Source: Nitrospirota bacterium
GTDB taxonomy: Bacteria; Nitrospirota; UBA9217
Length of the DNA: 64,000 bases
Assembly: GCA_963790205.1 (NCBI GenBank)
Contig: CAWBNQ010000001.1
Coordinates: forward strand, 896,001-960,000
Direction: 5' to 3'
Position 1 is the stretch's first letter; each line of letters opens with the position of its first letter. The notes below the pieces were generated by a model that had not been told where the DNA came from, did not search any database, and saw nothing but the letters and a program-made list of their open reading frames with translations. Shown piece by piece: positions 1-9,323 of this stretch. The position numbers and the translations under genes were made by a program.

Positions 1-2
1 CG

Positions 3-3000
3 GGCAGCGTATACGTTGCCGACACCGGAAATCACCGTATCCAGGTCTTCGACGGGGACGGGAAACTGGTCCGCAGCTTCGGCGTCAAGGGGAGCGACCC
101 CCGGCAATTCAGCAGCCCTTCGGGGGTGGCCGCGCAGCAGGGGTTTTTGTACGTTGCCGACACCGGAAACAGCCGTGTGCAGGTCCTGACGTACGAAGGC
201 ATCTTCATGGGCCAGCTGACGGTAAAAACCGGTAAAGACGAGATGAAGGAGCCGGCTGCCGTGGCAACGGACGCGCAGAACAGGACTTATGTGCTCGATG
301 CCGGCGGCAATAACATCAGGATCTTCGGCCCGGACGGGGTCCAGATCGAGCAGTTCGGCGTCAAGGGCAAAGGCCTCGAGGGTTTCTCCGACCCGCGGGG
401 CCTGGCTGTCGACGGCCGCGGAAATATCTACGTAGCGGACACGGATAATTATAAGGTGAAGAAATTCGACCCGCGGGGAAGGCTTGTGGCTTCCCTCGGC
501 ATTGAAGGCGACGGGCCGGGCCAGTTCCGCGAGCCGGCCGGTCTGGCCGTCGACAACGACGGCAGGGTTTTTGTGGTCGATGCGAGCAAGCATACGCTCC
601 AGATTTTCACGTGTGAATGCGGCGAAAGCCAGCCGCTTACGCCGGCTTCGCCGCGGCCCACCGTCGGGTTCGTGAAAGAGATGCCGGCTGAGGCGAGCGC
701 AATCGCCGTCACCAAGCGGCCCTGGGCCATCGTGAACGATTCGATCTCGGCCGCGGGCGTGATCGCCGGCCGCACGATCGGGTCACGCGGCAGTGAGCCG
801 GGGATGCTCAAAAACGCCCGCGGTTTGGCGCTGGACACGGCGGGAAAGTTCTGGGTGGCCGATACGGGCAACGACCGCCTGCAGAAGTTCAGTATTGAAG
901 GCAACCTCCTCCAGGTGATCGGGAAGTCCGGGTCAGGGGAAGGAGAATTTGATTCACCTTCGGGCGTCGCGCTCAGCTTCAAGGGGAACCTCTACGTCGC
1001 CGATACCGGCAATAGACGGGTCGAGGTATTTAACGCCAAAGGAATGTTTCTCGGGGCGTTCGGCAAGTCCGGCAAACAGGCCGGTCGGTTCGCGGAGCCC
1101 GTTGACCTCGCCGTGGACCGTTCCGAAAACGTTTACATCGTCGACCGCGGGAACGACCGGATCTCAAAGTACGACAGCGACGGCACCCTCATCTGGGAAA
1201 CCGGCAAGACGGGCAGGCAGGACGGGGAATTCAGCGAGCCGTCGAACATAGCGGTTTCACCCGACGGCGAGGTGTACGTGCTCGATACGGGAAACGAGCG
1301 CGTTCAGGTGTTCGACACGAACGGCAAGTTCGCCTGGAAGTTCGGGAGCGAAGGCAAAGGGCCGGGAGAGTTCAAGTCTCCCCAGGGGCTCGCCCTGGAG
1401 GGCCTGCAGCTCTACGTGGGGGACCGCGGCAACGGCAGGACGCAGGTGTTTTCCCTGCGGCAGACCCCCGCTGTCCCGAAGGGCCTCACGGTCCGGACGC
1501 GGGCCAATGAGGTGCAGTTGAGCTGGAAACACAACAGCGAGAGCTATCTGGAGCAGTATAAGATCTACCGCAGCGATTCCGCCGCGGGCCCGTTCACGCT
1601 TGCCGGAACTTCAGGCGATCCGTTCTTCAGGGACAAAGGCCTGCCGAGCAACCATACCTTTTACTACCGCGTAAGCAGTCTGGCAAAAGAGGGCAACGAG
1701 AGCGCGACCTCGGCGTCGGTCTCGGCGCTGACGCCGAAGCTCGTGCCCTCAATGCCCAGGAAGGTCAGGATCGAGGCCATTGAGAAGCAGATCACGCTCT
1801 CGTGGCTGCCGAATCCCGAGCCCTTTGTGAGTTATTACCGCATCTACCGCAGCAAGCAGCCCGCGGCGGGGTTCGAGCTGCTCGACAAGGAAGACAAGAC
1901 CGTCTTCGTCGACAGGGCGCTTGCCGATGAAACGCTGTACTATTATGAGATCGCCGCTGTGGGCAAGGAAGGGGATGAGAGCCAGCACAGCGAGGTCGTG
2001 TTCGCTTCCACGCCCAAGGCGCCCGCCACGGCGCCGCCGCTCGAGATCAGCAAGATAGAGGTTGGCGAGATCTTCGCGGCTGCGTACAAGTATTACGAAT
2101 CCCATGCCCTGGGAACGGTCGCCATCACGAACAATACCGACCGGGCCTACCCCAAGGTGAAGCTGAGCTTCAGGATCAAGGATTTCATGGATTATGCCAC
2201 GGAGCTTGAGATCGAGGAACTCGGGCCGGGGCAGAGCGTCGAGCTTGAACTCAAGCCCGTTTTCAGCAATAAGATCCTGGAGGTGACCGAGAACACGCCG
2301 CTCCAGAGCGAGATCGCGCTTACCTACTATATTGACGGCGAGCCCAAGGTCATTACCAGAAGCTTCCCCGTGACGCTTTACAACCGGAATGCGATCCGGT
2401 GGGACCAGAAGGCGAAGGTGGGCTCGTTTATTACGCCGAAGGACCCGGTCGTGACGGAGTTCGCCCGCGCGGTGGTCCAGCCCTACGTGGAGGCCTATGC
2501 CAACCTTCCCCAACCGGTCGTCTATGCGCGGGCCCTCTATGACGCTCTCGGCGTGCTCGGGTTTGCCTACATCCTCGACCCCACGCCGTTCCAGGAATTT
2601 TCCGAAAACACCGCCATCGTGGATTACACCTCATATCCGCGCGAAACGCTTGCGAGACGGAGCGGCGACTGCGACGGCCTTTCAATGCTGTTCGCCGCTT
2701 TCGTGGAAAACATCGGAATGGGTGCCGCGCTCGTCGATGTGCCGGGCCACGTGTTCGTCATGTTCAATACCGGCGTGGCGGAAAAAGACCGGTCAACGCT
2801 GGGCTTTGCCGATGAGCTGCTCGTTTCTTATCAGGACACCGTATGGATACCGCTGGAAATGACCATGGTCGGATCGTCGTTCACCCGAGCGTGGCAGAAG
2901 GGCGCGGAGGAATACCGCGATTGGTCGGCCAAGGGGAAGCTCGAGCTCATCGATGTTCATAAGGCCTGGGAACTGTTCAAACCGGTAACGCTGCCGCCAA

Positions 3001-3491
3001 CCGACAGCAGGCCGGTACGGGTGGCCAGGGAAGAAATAGAGGCAAAATACAAGGACGAACTTGAAACGCTGGGCAGACTGCGGCTTGCGGCCCTGTCAAC
3101 GGACTATATCGAGGCGCTCAAGAAGGACCCGAAGGACATGGCTGCCCTGAGCCGGCTCGGCATCCTCTACGGCGAGAACGGCCTTTATGCCGAAGCCCTC
3201 GAGCAGTTCCAGAAGATACTCGCCATGGACAAGAACAGCTCCCTGGCGCTGAACAACATCGGCAATATCAACTATCTGCAGGAGCGTCTTGAAGACGCAA
3301 AGATCGCCTATGAAGCGTCCCTGAAGGCCGCGCCGGATGATACGGGGACCATGACGAACCTGGCTCGCGTCCTGCTCCGCACAGGAAAAAAGGAAGAAGC
3401 AAAGAAGCTCTTCCTGGAGGCGGTTTCCATAGACCCGCGGGTACTACGGCAATATGGGGACCTTGCCGCAAGCCTGGGAGTGGTGAAGTAA
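3..3491 (+). CDS. Large NHL-repeat / fibronectin type III / transglutaminase-like / TPR protein (5'-truncated by window edge)
   Basis: Frame is open from base 3 (GSVYVADTGNHRIQVFD...). Many NHL repeats (YVADTGN.R.Q.F), two FN3-like segments (LSW...Y.IYRS...YYRV), GDCD...PGH...WIPLE transglutaminase-like core, C-terminal TPRs. Confidence 0.85.
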   Translation, partial: GSVYVADTGNHRIQVFDGDGKLVRSFGVKGSDPRQFSSPSGVAAQQGFLYVADTGNSRVQVLTYEGIFMGQLTVKTGKDEMKEPAAVATDAQNRTYVLDAGGNNIRIFGPDGVQIEQFGVKGKGLEGFSDPRGLAVDGRGNIYVADTDNYKVKKFDPRGRLVASLGIEGDGPGQFREPAGLAVDNDGRVFVVDASKHTLQIFTCECGESQPLTPASPRPTVGFVKEMPAEASAIAVTKRPWAIVNDSISAAGVIAGRTIGSRGSEPGMLKNARGLALDTAGKFWVADTGNDRLQKFSIEGNLLQVIGKSGSGEGEFDSPSGVALSFKGNLYVADTGNRRVEVFNAKGMFLGAFGKSGKQAGRFAEPVDLAVDRSENVYIVDRGNDRISKYDSDGTLIWETGKTGRQDGEFSEPSNIAVSPDGEVYVLDTGNERVQVFDTNGKFAWKFGSEGKGPGEFKSPQGLALEGLQLYVGDRGNGRTQVFSLRQTPAVPKGLTVRTRANEVQLSWKHNSESYLEQYKIYRSDSAAGPFTLAGTSGDPFFRDKGLPSNHTFYYRVSSLAKEGNESATSASVSALTPKLVPSMPRKVRIEAIEKQITLSWLPNPEPFVSYYRIYRSKQPAAGFELLDKEDKTVFVDRALADETLYYYEIAAVGKEGDESQHSEVVFASTPKAPATAPPLEISKIEVGEIFAAAYKYYESHALGTVAITNNTDRAYPKVKLSFRIKDFMDYATELEIEELGPGQSVELELKPVFSNKILEVTENTPLQSEIALTYYIDGEPKVITRSFPVTLYNRNAIRWDQKAKVGSFITPKDPVVTEFARAVVQPYVEAYANLPQPVVYARALYDALGVLGFAYILDPTPFQEFSENTAIVDYTSYPRETLARRSGDCDGLSMLFAAFVENIGMGAALVDVPGHVFVMFNTGVAEKDRSTLGFADELLVSYQDTVWIPLEMTMVGSSFTRAWQKGAEEYRDWSAKGKLELIDVHKAWELFKPVTLPPTDSRPVRVAREEIEAKYKDELETLGRLRLAALSTDYIEALKKDPKDMAALSRLGILYGENGLYAEALEQFQKILAMDKNSSLALNNIGNINYLQERLEDAKIAYEASLKAAPDDTGTMTNLARVLLRTGKKEEAKKLFLEAVSIDPRVLRQYGDLAASLGVVK

Positions 3492-3495
3492 TTCA

Positions 3496-3619
3496 TTTCG
3501 GATTGTGGATTTCACCCTGCACTCGCGCATGACACTCGTAAACGCTGGGCGCGGGCGAATTGCGGAATAAAATCAAGCGTGCAATGCGATTTCAGGACTC
3601 ATTCCGAATTCCGCATTTG
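3496..3619. repeat. Degenerate 7-nt periodic palindrome (TTCGGA/TTGCGGA vs ATTCCGA ATTCCGC)
   Basis: tttcggattgtggattt ... gaattgcggaat ... attccgaattccgcatt in the intergenic space. Confidence 0.5.
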
Positions 3620-3635
3620 AAGAAGGAGGTTTGAT

Positions 3636-4148
3636 ATGAAAAAAATATTTTCGCTGGTGTTGATGCTTTCTCTCTGCTGCACCGCGGCCATGGCGCAGGA
3701 GCAGGCAAAGAAAACAGGGTCCGGCATCTCCGAATGGCTGAGAAGGCTGCAGTATAAGATCGCGCAGATCATACCGAGGAAGACCCTCCCCATGACCACC
3801 AGCGTCGCCGGGGTCCGCGGCGCCAATGAAGGCGTCCAGGCCAAGCTCTACTGGAAAGGGAAAAAGGGCGAAGAGGCGGTGACCGAGGAAGAGATGGAAA
3901 AATTCAAGTCCGCCGTGGCCCTTGCCGAAAAAGGCGACAATGAGGGTTCGCTTAAACAGCTCGATGATTTCATGAAGCAGTACCCGGACAGCGCGCTCAT
4001 ACCAGACGCCAAAAAAACGTTCGACCTGGTGAAAGCGGAGCCGAAACCGGAAGAGAAGGTGGGAACGAAGACGGAGCAAAAACCTGAAGAAAAAATAGAC
4101 ACGAAGGCGGGGCAGACGCCGAACAAAAAAAAGGAAGAAGCTAAGTAG
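3636..4148 (+). CDS. Secreted hypothetical protein with TPR-like helical hairpin and K/E-rich repetitive tail
   Basis: SD AGGAGG, signal peptide (MKKIFSLVLMLSLCCTAAMA), FMKQYPDS TPR-like motif, 36-bp imperfect repeats at 4032-4121. Confidence 0.8.
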   Translation: MKKIFSLVLMLSLCCTAAMAQEQAKKTGSGISEWLRRLQYKIAQIIPRKTLPMTTSVAGVRGANEGVQAKLYWKGKKGEEAVTEEEMEKFKSAVALAEKGDNEGSLKQLDDFMKQYPDSALIPDAKKTFDLVKAEPKPEEKVGTKTEQKPEEKIDTKAGQTPNKKKEEAK

Positions 4149-4210
4149 GCTGTGCGCCCCGAAACCATTCCAGGCGGGAGGCAAGACCCATTTTGAGTTT
4201 CCGGTGTAGA

Positions 4211-4240
4211 AGGCAGGGAGCATTTCCCTGCCTCTTTTTT
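4211..4240 (+). terminator. Rho-independent terminator
   Basis: AGGCAGGGA-loop-TCCCTGCCT followed by a T-tract. Confidence 0.75.
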
Positions 4241-4336
4241 ATCTGGAAGTTTCTCGTCTAATCTGCTAGTTTACTTCGTTAGACAAAGCCGCCATCCTGA
4301 TTGTTGAAGAATTTTTTTCTGACGGAGTTTGCCCGC

Positions 4337-5614
4337 ATGAAAATTCAGCCCCCCGCCTCCCGCAATCCCTGGACGTTTTTGCCCACGCTCTATTTCGCCG
4401 AAGGCCTGCCTTACGTTCTGATCAACACCGTATCGGTCATTCTCTACAAACGGATGGGGATCGACAACGCGTCGATTGCCTTCTGGACCAGCTGGCTCTA
4501 TTTGCCGTGGGTCATCAAGATGTTCTGGGGACCCTTCGTGGACGTGTATTCCACGAAACGGAAGTGGATCCTTGCCAGCCAGGCGGCTATGGGCCTCTGC
4601 ATGTTCGTGATCGCCTTCTCGCTCAGGAGCTCGTCGTTCTTTTTTCTTTCCCTTGCCGCCTTCTGCGGGGGCGCGTTCATCTCCGCGACCTATGATATCG
4701 CCACCGACGGGTTCTACATGCTGGCGCTCTCCGAACAAGAGCAGGCGATGTTCGTGGGGCTCAGGGCGGCCTTTTACCGCCTGGCCATGATCTTCGGCAC
4801 CGGCTTCCTCGTATACCTGGCCGGCATGTTCGAAACGTCGAGCAACGATATCGCCGGGAGCTGGTCAACAATCATGTCCGTTTCCGGGGTGATCTTCGCA
4901 AGCGCCTTCGTGTACCACACGTTCCTGCTGCCGTTTCCGGTCGCAGACAGCGTCCGTTCAGCCGGGCGGAAATACGACGGGGCGTCCTTTCTCGAAGTCA
5001 TCAGGTCCTATCTGAGACAGGAAAAGGTCGGCGTGTTGCTGGCGTTCATTCTGTGCTACCGGCTGGGCGAGGCCATGCTTCTGAAACTCGTCACTCCCTT
5101 CCTGCTGGACACGAGAGCGGTCGGCGGGCTCGGTCTTACGACCGAGCAGGTCGGCCTGGTCTACGGCACCGTGGGGACGCTCTCCCTGGTGCTCGGCGGG
5201 GTCCTCGGCGGCTGGCTGATTTCGCGGTTCGGGTTCAGGCGGTGCGTCTGGCCTATGGTGCTTATCATGCACCTGCCCGACCTGTTCTTTGTGTATATGG
5301 CCTACAGGCAACCCGGCATCGGCCTTGTCTACCCGCTCGTGGCGCTCGAGCAGTTCGGTTACGGGCTGGGCTTCACCGTTTTCACCGTCTACCTCATGTC
5401 TTCGGCCAACGGGAAATATAAAACGTCGCACTACGCGATCTCAACGGGGATCATGGCGCTCGGCATGATGCTGCCGGGCTTTAAGAGCGGCGCACTCCAG
5501 CAGGCTGTCGGGTACCGGATGTTCTTTGTCATCGTATGTTTCATGACGGTCCCGGGCATGCTGACCATTCCGTTCCTGTCCAAGGAAAAGCTGGGGAAGA
5601 AGGCGGGAAGCTGA
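4337..5614 (+). CDS. ampG: AmpG-family MFS muropeptide permease
   Basis: PTLYFAEGLPY, LPWVIKMFW, SATYDIATDGFY, YRLGEAML motifs; about 12 TM segments. Confidence 0.85.
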   Translation: MKIQPPASRNPWTFLPTLYFAEGLPYVLINTVSVILYKRMGIDNASIAFWTSWLYLPWVIKMFWGPFVDVYSTKRKWILASQAAMGLCMFVIAFSLRSSSFFFLSLAAFCGGAFISATYDIATDGFYMLALSEQEQAMFVGLRAAFYRLAMIFGTGFLVYLAGMFETSSNDIAGSWSTIMSVSGVIFASAFVYHTFLLPFPVADSVRSAGRKYDGASFLEVIRSYLRQEKVGVLLAFILCYRLGEAMLLKLVTPFLLDTRAVGGLGLTTEQVGLVYGTVGTLSLVLGGVLGGWLISRFGFRRCVWPMVLIMHLPDLFFVYMAYRQPGIGLVYPLVALEQFGYGLGFTVFTVYLMSSANGKYKTSHYAISTGIMALGMMLPGFKSGALQQAVGYRMFFVIVCFMTVPGMLTIPFLSKEKLGKKAGS

Positions 5615-5675
5615 ATACGATTCACGATACACGATGCATGATGACACCTCATCGTATCTCCTGCATCCTGTCTTG
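5613..5675. repeat. 7-nt periodic palindrome (GATNCAC type)
   Basis: gaatacg attcacg atacacg atgcatg atg ... catcgtatctcctgcatcctg. Confidence 0.55.
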
Positions 5676-5696
5676 CCGAAGCCTTTTTCGATTGAG

Positions 5697-5948
5697 CTAC
5701 TCCTTCAAGTGCCCTGAAAGAACGTACCCGATGATGACGCCGACAAGCGGGCCGATGGTTTCCTCACGAAGAATATTGAAAATGCCGAGGATGAGCAGCA
5801 GGGGCAGGACGAAGACGATCGCTAGGAATTGAGTGCTTTTAACCCCAATCGTCGCATTCTGCTTGATAACGAGATAATAAATGCCCCCGAGTCCTCCCGC
5901 CATGATGAGTACCGCAATAAATCCGATCCAGAATTGCCAGAACTGCAT
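5697..5948 (-). CDS. Small membrane protein (3 TM, 83 aa)
   Basis: SD GGGAGG, three hydrophobic segments. Confidence 0.7.
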   Translation of the reverse strand: MQFWQFWIGFIAVLIMAGGLGGIYYLVIKQNATIGVKSTQFLAIVFVLPLLLILGIFNILREETIGPLVGVIIGYVLSGHLKE

Positions 5949-6178
5949 GATAGGTTCCCTCCCCGTGCTGAAAAGATTTGCCGACGTTGGCGCCGGTTTT
6001 TTCGGATGACGGCTATTATAGGGGAGCGTCGAAAGTTTGTCAAAGGCATTTCAAATCAACCTGTGACGCCGTGCTCAAACATTTTCTGGCAACTTCAGGG
6101 GAAAGCGGATAAAATAAATCATCCAATTCGGCTGGATACCGCAAAACTTGCTGCTATAATTTACAAAAGGAGCGGCTT

Positions 6179-7105
6179 ATCAACAACGTCCTGTACTCAT
6201 TCGGGTTGATCATTGCGGCGGGATATGGGTGGCGGTTTTTCAACCCCGGCGGGATCGACCGGCACCGGGCGCGCCATACATTAAGCGTCACCGTGCTTCA
6301 TTTTTTCCTGCCGGCGCTGGCCTTCGGGCTGGTGGCAACAGCCCGGGTCGACAGGAGCTTCATCGCCGTTCCCCTGGCCGCTGCCGCGGTCACCCTGTCG
6401 GGGCTCGCGGCAGGGTTTGCGGCATACAAGCTGCTCCCGTGGTTCAGGACCATCGAGCGGCCGGTGTTCGGGGTGATGGTCCTTGCGGCGACCTTCGGCA
6501 ACGTGACGTATCTCGGGCTTCCGGTCATCACGGAGATGCTCGGCTCGCAGCTCGGCTACGTGGCAATTCTCTATGACCTGCTTGCGGCGACGCCGATACT
6601 CCTTACGGCAGGGGTGTTCATCGCGTCGCGGTACGGAAGCGGGAAAGCGGTCTCGATAACCGCTTCTCTCAAGCGGGTGGTGAAGCTTCCCCCGCTCTGG
6701 GGTGTGGCTGCCGGCATGGCAGTGCACGCGGCCGGTATCGCGGTCCCGCAGATCGTTCTCGATACCGCGTCGCTGATGGGAAAGGCCGTGATCCCGGTCA
6801 TGACTTTCACGGTGGGCTTGGCCCTCGACTTCCGTGATTTGAAGCGGTTGCCGATCGCCGTCCCTGCGCTCGTGCTCAAGCTGGTGGCCGCGCCGGTCCT
6901 GGCCTGGTGGGTGGGTTCGCGGCTCGGCCTGACGCCTGAAGCGCTCAAGGCGGTCACTATCGAGGGCGCCATGCCGGTGATGGTGCTCTCCCTCGTTATC
7001 GCCGACGAGTTTAATCTGGACGTGCCGCTGGCGGCCACGTGCATTGCGGTCTCGACCGTGGCCCTGTTTTTCACGATGCCGGTGATCATGAAAATACTTT
7101 TTTAA
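6179..7105 (+). CDS. AEC (auxin efflux carrier) family transporter; probable ATC start
   Basis: FGNVTYLGLP, PPLW, LKLVAAP, AMP motifs; SD AAGGAG precedes in-frame ATC at 6179 (ORF track starts at TTG 6206). Confidence 0.85.
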   Translation: MNNVLYSFGLIIAAGYGWRFFNPGGIDRHRARHTLSVTVLHFFLPALAFGLVATARVDRSFIAVPLAAAAVTLSGLAAGFAAYKLLPWFRTIERPVFGVMVLAATFGNVTYLGLPVITEMLGSQLGYVAILYDLLAATPILLTAGVFIASRYGSGKAVSITASLKRVVKLPPLWGVAAGMAVHAAGIAVPQIVLDTASLMGKAVIPVMTFTVGLALDFRDLKRLPIAVPALVLKLVAAPVLAWWVGSRLGLTPEALKAVTIEGAMPVMVLSLVIADEFNLDVPLAATCIAVSTVALFFTMPVIMKILF

Positions 7106-7138
7106 TTTTAGCCGCGGAGATGGGGAGCCGGAACTGAA

Positions 7139-7211
7139 AATGGGAAGATGAGAAGATAGGAAGAGGAAGGCTGTCTTGCAGTATCTTCTTAACGCTCAAC
7201 TTCTCAATTTC
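7139..7211. repeat. 8-nt periodic palindrome (GATGAGAA / CTTCTCAA type)
   Basis: aatgggaa gatgagaa gataggaa ... cttcttaa cgctcaa cttctcaa. Confidence 0.5.
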
Positions 7212-7235
7212 ACGGCTATCGCAGAGAGGTGTCTT

Positions 7236-7475
7236 ATGAACGACAAACACGAACACGCGGACACACATCACGAACACGGGCACCACAGCCACGGCCAAGA
7301 AGGGCACGAGCACGGCCTGGTGGACGTGACCATCCAGCTCGAGGACGAACATATCCCGGCGCTCGATGAGGTCGCTGCGGAGCTTACCAAGGAGCTGAAG
7401 CAGCCCTGGGACCGCGGGGCCGTTGTGCGGCTTGCCCTGAGCGAGTTCTTCTCGCGCAGAGGGAAGATAACGTAG
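7236..7475 (+). CDS. Small His-rich protein with ribbon-helix-helix-like C-terminus
   Basis: SD GAGGT; MNDKHEHADTHHEHGHHSHGQEGHEHG then VDVTIQL / LDEVAAEL / RGAVVRLALSEF. Confidence 0.7.
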   Translation: MNDKHEHADTHHEHGHHSHGQEGHEHGLVDVTIQLEDEHIPALDEVAAELTKELKQPWDRGAVVRLALSEFFSRRGKIT

Positions 7476-7557
7476 AACCGCACTGCGAATTGCTTGGTGC
7501 AAAATGCAAAAGTAATGGATTTTAGATTTACCTTCTGCGCGATCACTTGAGGTCCCT

Positions 7558-8433
7558 ATGGCCTATACAATGGTCGGGAACAAGCAGTACCTTATCGATA
7601 TCCACGTGCACGGGGCGGATGATTATGATACCCGTACGAGAAGACAGGATGACGTCCTCCGTATTGCGGACATACACGGCGCGCGGGGCACCTCGGCGTT
7701 CCTTCCCACGGTCTATCCCGGCGCCATCAATGCCATGCGCGAGAACCTGGCGGCGATACACCGCGCCATGAGCGCCCAGCGCCAGGGCGCCGAGATACTG
7801 GGAGTGCACCTTGAGGGGCCCTTCCTGAACCCGGAGCGCGCCGGCGCTCTGGACCGGCAGAGTTTCATCGAGCCGTCACTCGAGACCCTTGAGCGTCTAG
7901 TCGAGGATTTCGAAGACATCATTAAAATCGTCACGGTGGCCCCGGAGCTGCCGGGGGCGCTCAAAGTGATCGAGGCATGCCGAACAAAAGGTTTTCTCGT
8001 GCACATGGGCCACAGCGACGCATCCTTTGAACAGGCCGAGGAAGGAAAGCGCGCCGGCGCCACGGGCATCACGCACCTGTTCAATGCCATGCGCGGTTTC
8101 CACCACCGCGAGCCCGGGCTCGCCGGGTTCGGGCTCATGGACGAGGATATTCACGTCGAAATAATCGCGGACATGGCCCATCTTCATCCGCAGAGCCTCA
8201 AGATGCTTTTTGATATGAAGTCGGCCGACAAGATCATCCTCATATCCGATTCGATCAAGGGGCCGGGCTGGGGCAGCGGGCCCATACGGGGGCCGGGGGG
8301 GACGCTGATGGGCAGCGGCATTGTTCTGGCGGACGCGATTAAAAATCTGATCTCGCTCGGCGTGCCGGCCGACCGCGCGCTTCAGTTCGCGTCGAGCAAT
8401 CCGAGAAAGTACCTGGGGATGACGAACCGGTGA
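7558..8433 (+). CDS. nagA: N-acetylglucosamine-6-phosphate deacetylase (compact form)
   Basis: IDIHVHG, HLEGPFLN, VTVAPE, GHSDA, THLFNAM, ISD motifs. Confidence 0.9.
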   Translation: MAYTMVGNKQYLIDIHVHGADDYDTRTRRQDDVLRIADIHGARGTSAFLPTVYPGAINAMRENLAAIHRAMSAQRQGAEILGVHLEGPFLNPERAGALDRQSFIEPSLETLERLVEDFEDIIKIVTVAPELPGALKVIEACRTKGFLVHMGHSDASFEQAEEGKRAGATGITHLFNAMRGFHHREPGLAGFGLMDEDIHVEIIADMAHLHPQSLKMLFDMKSADKIILISDSIKGPGWGSGPIRGPGGTLMGSGIVLADAIKNLISLGVPADRALQFASSNPRKYLGMTNR

Positions 8434-8441
8434 TTTAATGC

Positions 8442-8500
8442 AGGTCGAGGATGAGGTCCAGATTGAGAAAAGCCTGTGCCTTAACCTCAGCCTCAACCTT
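8442..8500. repeat. 6-nt periodic palindrome (GGTNGA / TCAACC type)
   Basis: ggtcga ggatga ggtcca gattga ... cttaac ctcagc ctcaac ctt. Confidence 0.6.
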
Positions 8501-8505
8501 ACACT

Positions 8506-9159
8506 ATGCAACCCATAAGCCTTCTCATATTCGACCTCGACGGCACGCTTGTCGACACACTGGAGGACATCGCAGCTTCCGTGAACCACACGCTTGCGCA
8601 CCTCGGCCGAAACCCCATCAGCCGGGACGCCGTCAGACAGTTCGTGGGGGATGGAATCGAGGCCCTCATGGCCCGTGCGCTGGGCGGAAGATCGGACCTT
8701 CTTCCCGAGGCCGTGAACCTGTATAAGGAGCACCACCGCAAGAACCTCGTTGTTCGATCGGCAGTCTATCCTGCCGTGCGGGAGACGCTTGAACACTTTC
8801 GGGCGCTTCCCATGGCGGTCATCAGCAACAAGACCACGGAGTTCGTGGTGCCCCTCATCGAGCGTCTCAGCATTGCTCACTATTTCAAGATGGTCATCGG
8901 TGCGGATTACGGGCTGCCGCTCAAGCCCGCCCCCGATTCGGTGAAACGGATCATGACCGAATGGGGGGCGCAGAAAGAGCGGACCGCGATCGTGGGCGAC
9001 GGGACCACGGATGTGCGCGCCGGTAAAGCGGCGGGGATCATCACCTGTTCCGTGACCTACGGCTTCCGGTCCGAGGACGAGCTGAGGAAAGCAGGGCCGG
9101 ACTACGTCATTCATTCGCTGCTGGAATTGACAACCCTGTTTGCGCCGGAGGCCCGATAA
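8506..9159 (+). CDS. gph: HAD-IA hydrolase, phosphoglycolate phosphatase-like
   Basis: FDLDGTLVDT, SNK, KPAP, VGDGTTD motifs. Confidence 0.85.
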   Translation: MQPISLLIFDLDGTLVDTLEDIAASVNHTLAHLGRNPISRDAVRQFVGDGIEALMARALGGRSDLLPEAVNLYKEHHRKNLVVRSAVYPAVRETLEHFRALPMAVISNKTTEFVVPLIERLSIAHYFKMVIGADYGLPLKPAPDSVKRIMTEWGAQKERTAIVGDGTTDVRAGKAAGIITCSVTYGFRSEDELRKAGPDYVIHSLLELTTLFAPEAR

Positions 9160-9229
9160 CCTTTCTTTGAATTTGGCCTTTACTATTCCCGCCTGATTGG
9201 TTAAAATACCCCTTACGCTGAACGCATGT

Positions 9230-9299
9230 ATTGAAAATTGGAAATTTAAAATTGCAACTGCTTGATTGTTTATTTACTTTAAAATTTCCAATCTTCAAT
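9230..9299. repeat. AT-rich 7-nt periodic palindrome
   Basis: attgaaa attggaa atttaaa attgcaa ... tttactttaaaatttccaatcttcaat. Confidence 0.65.
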
Positions 9300-9323
9300 G
9301 AATCTTTCATAAAAGGAGTAATC

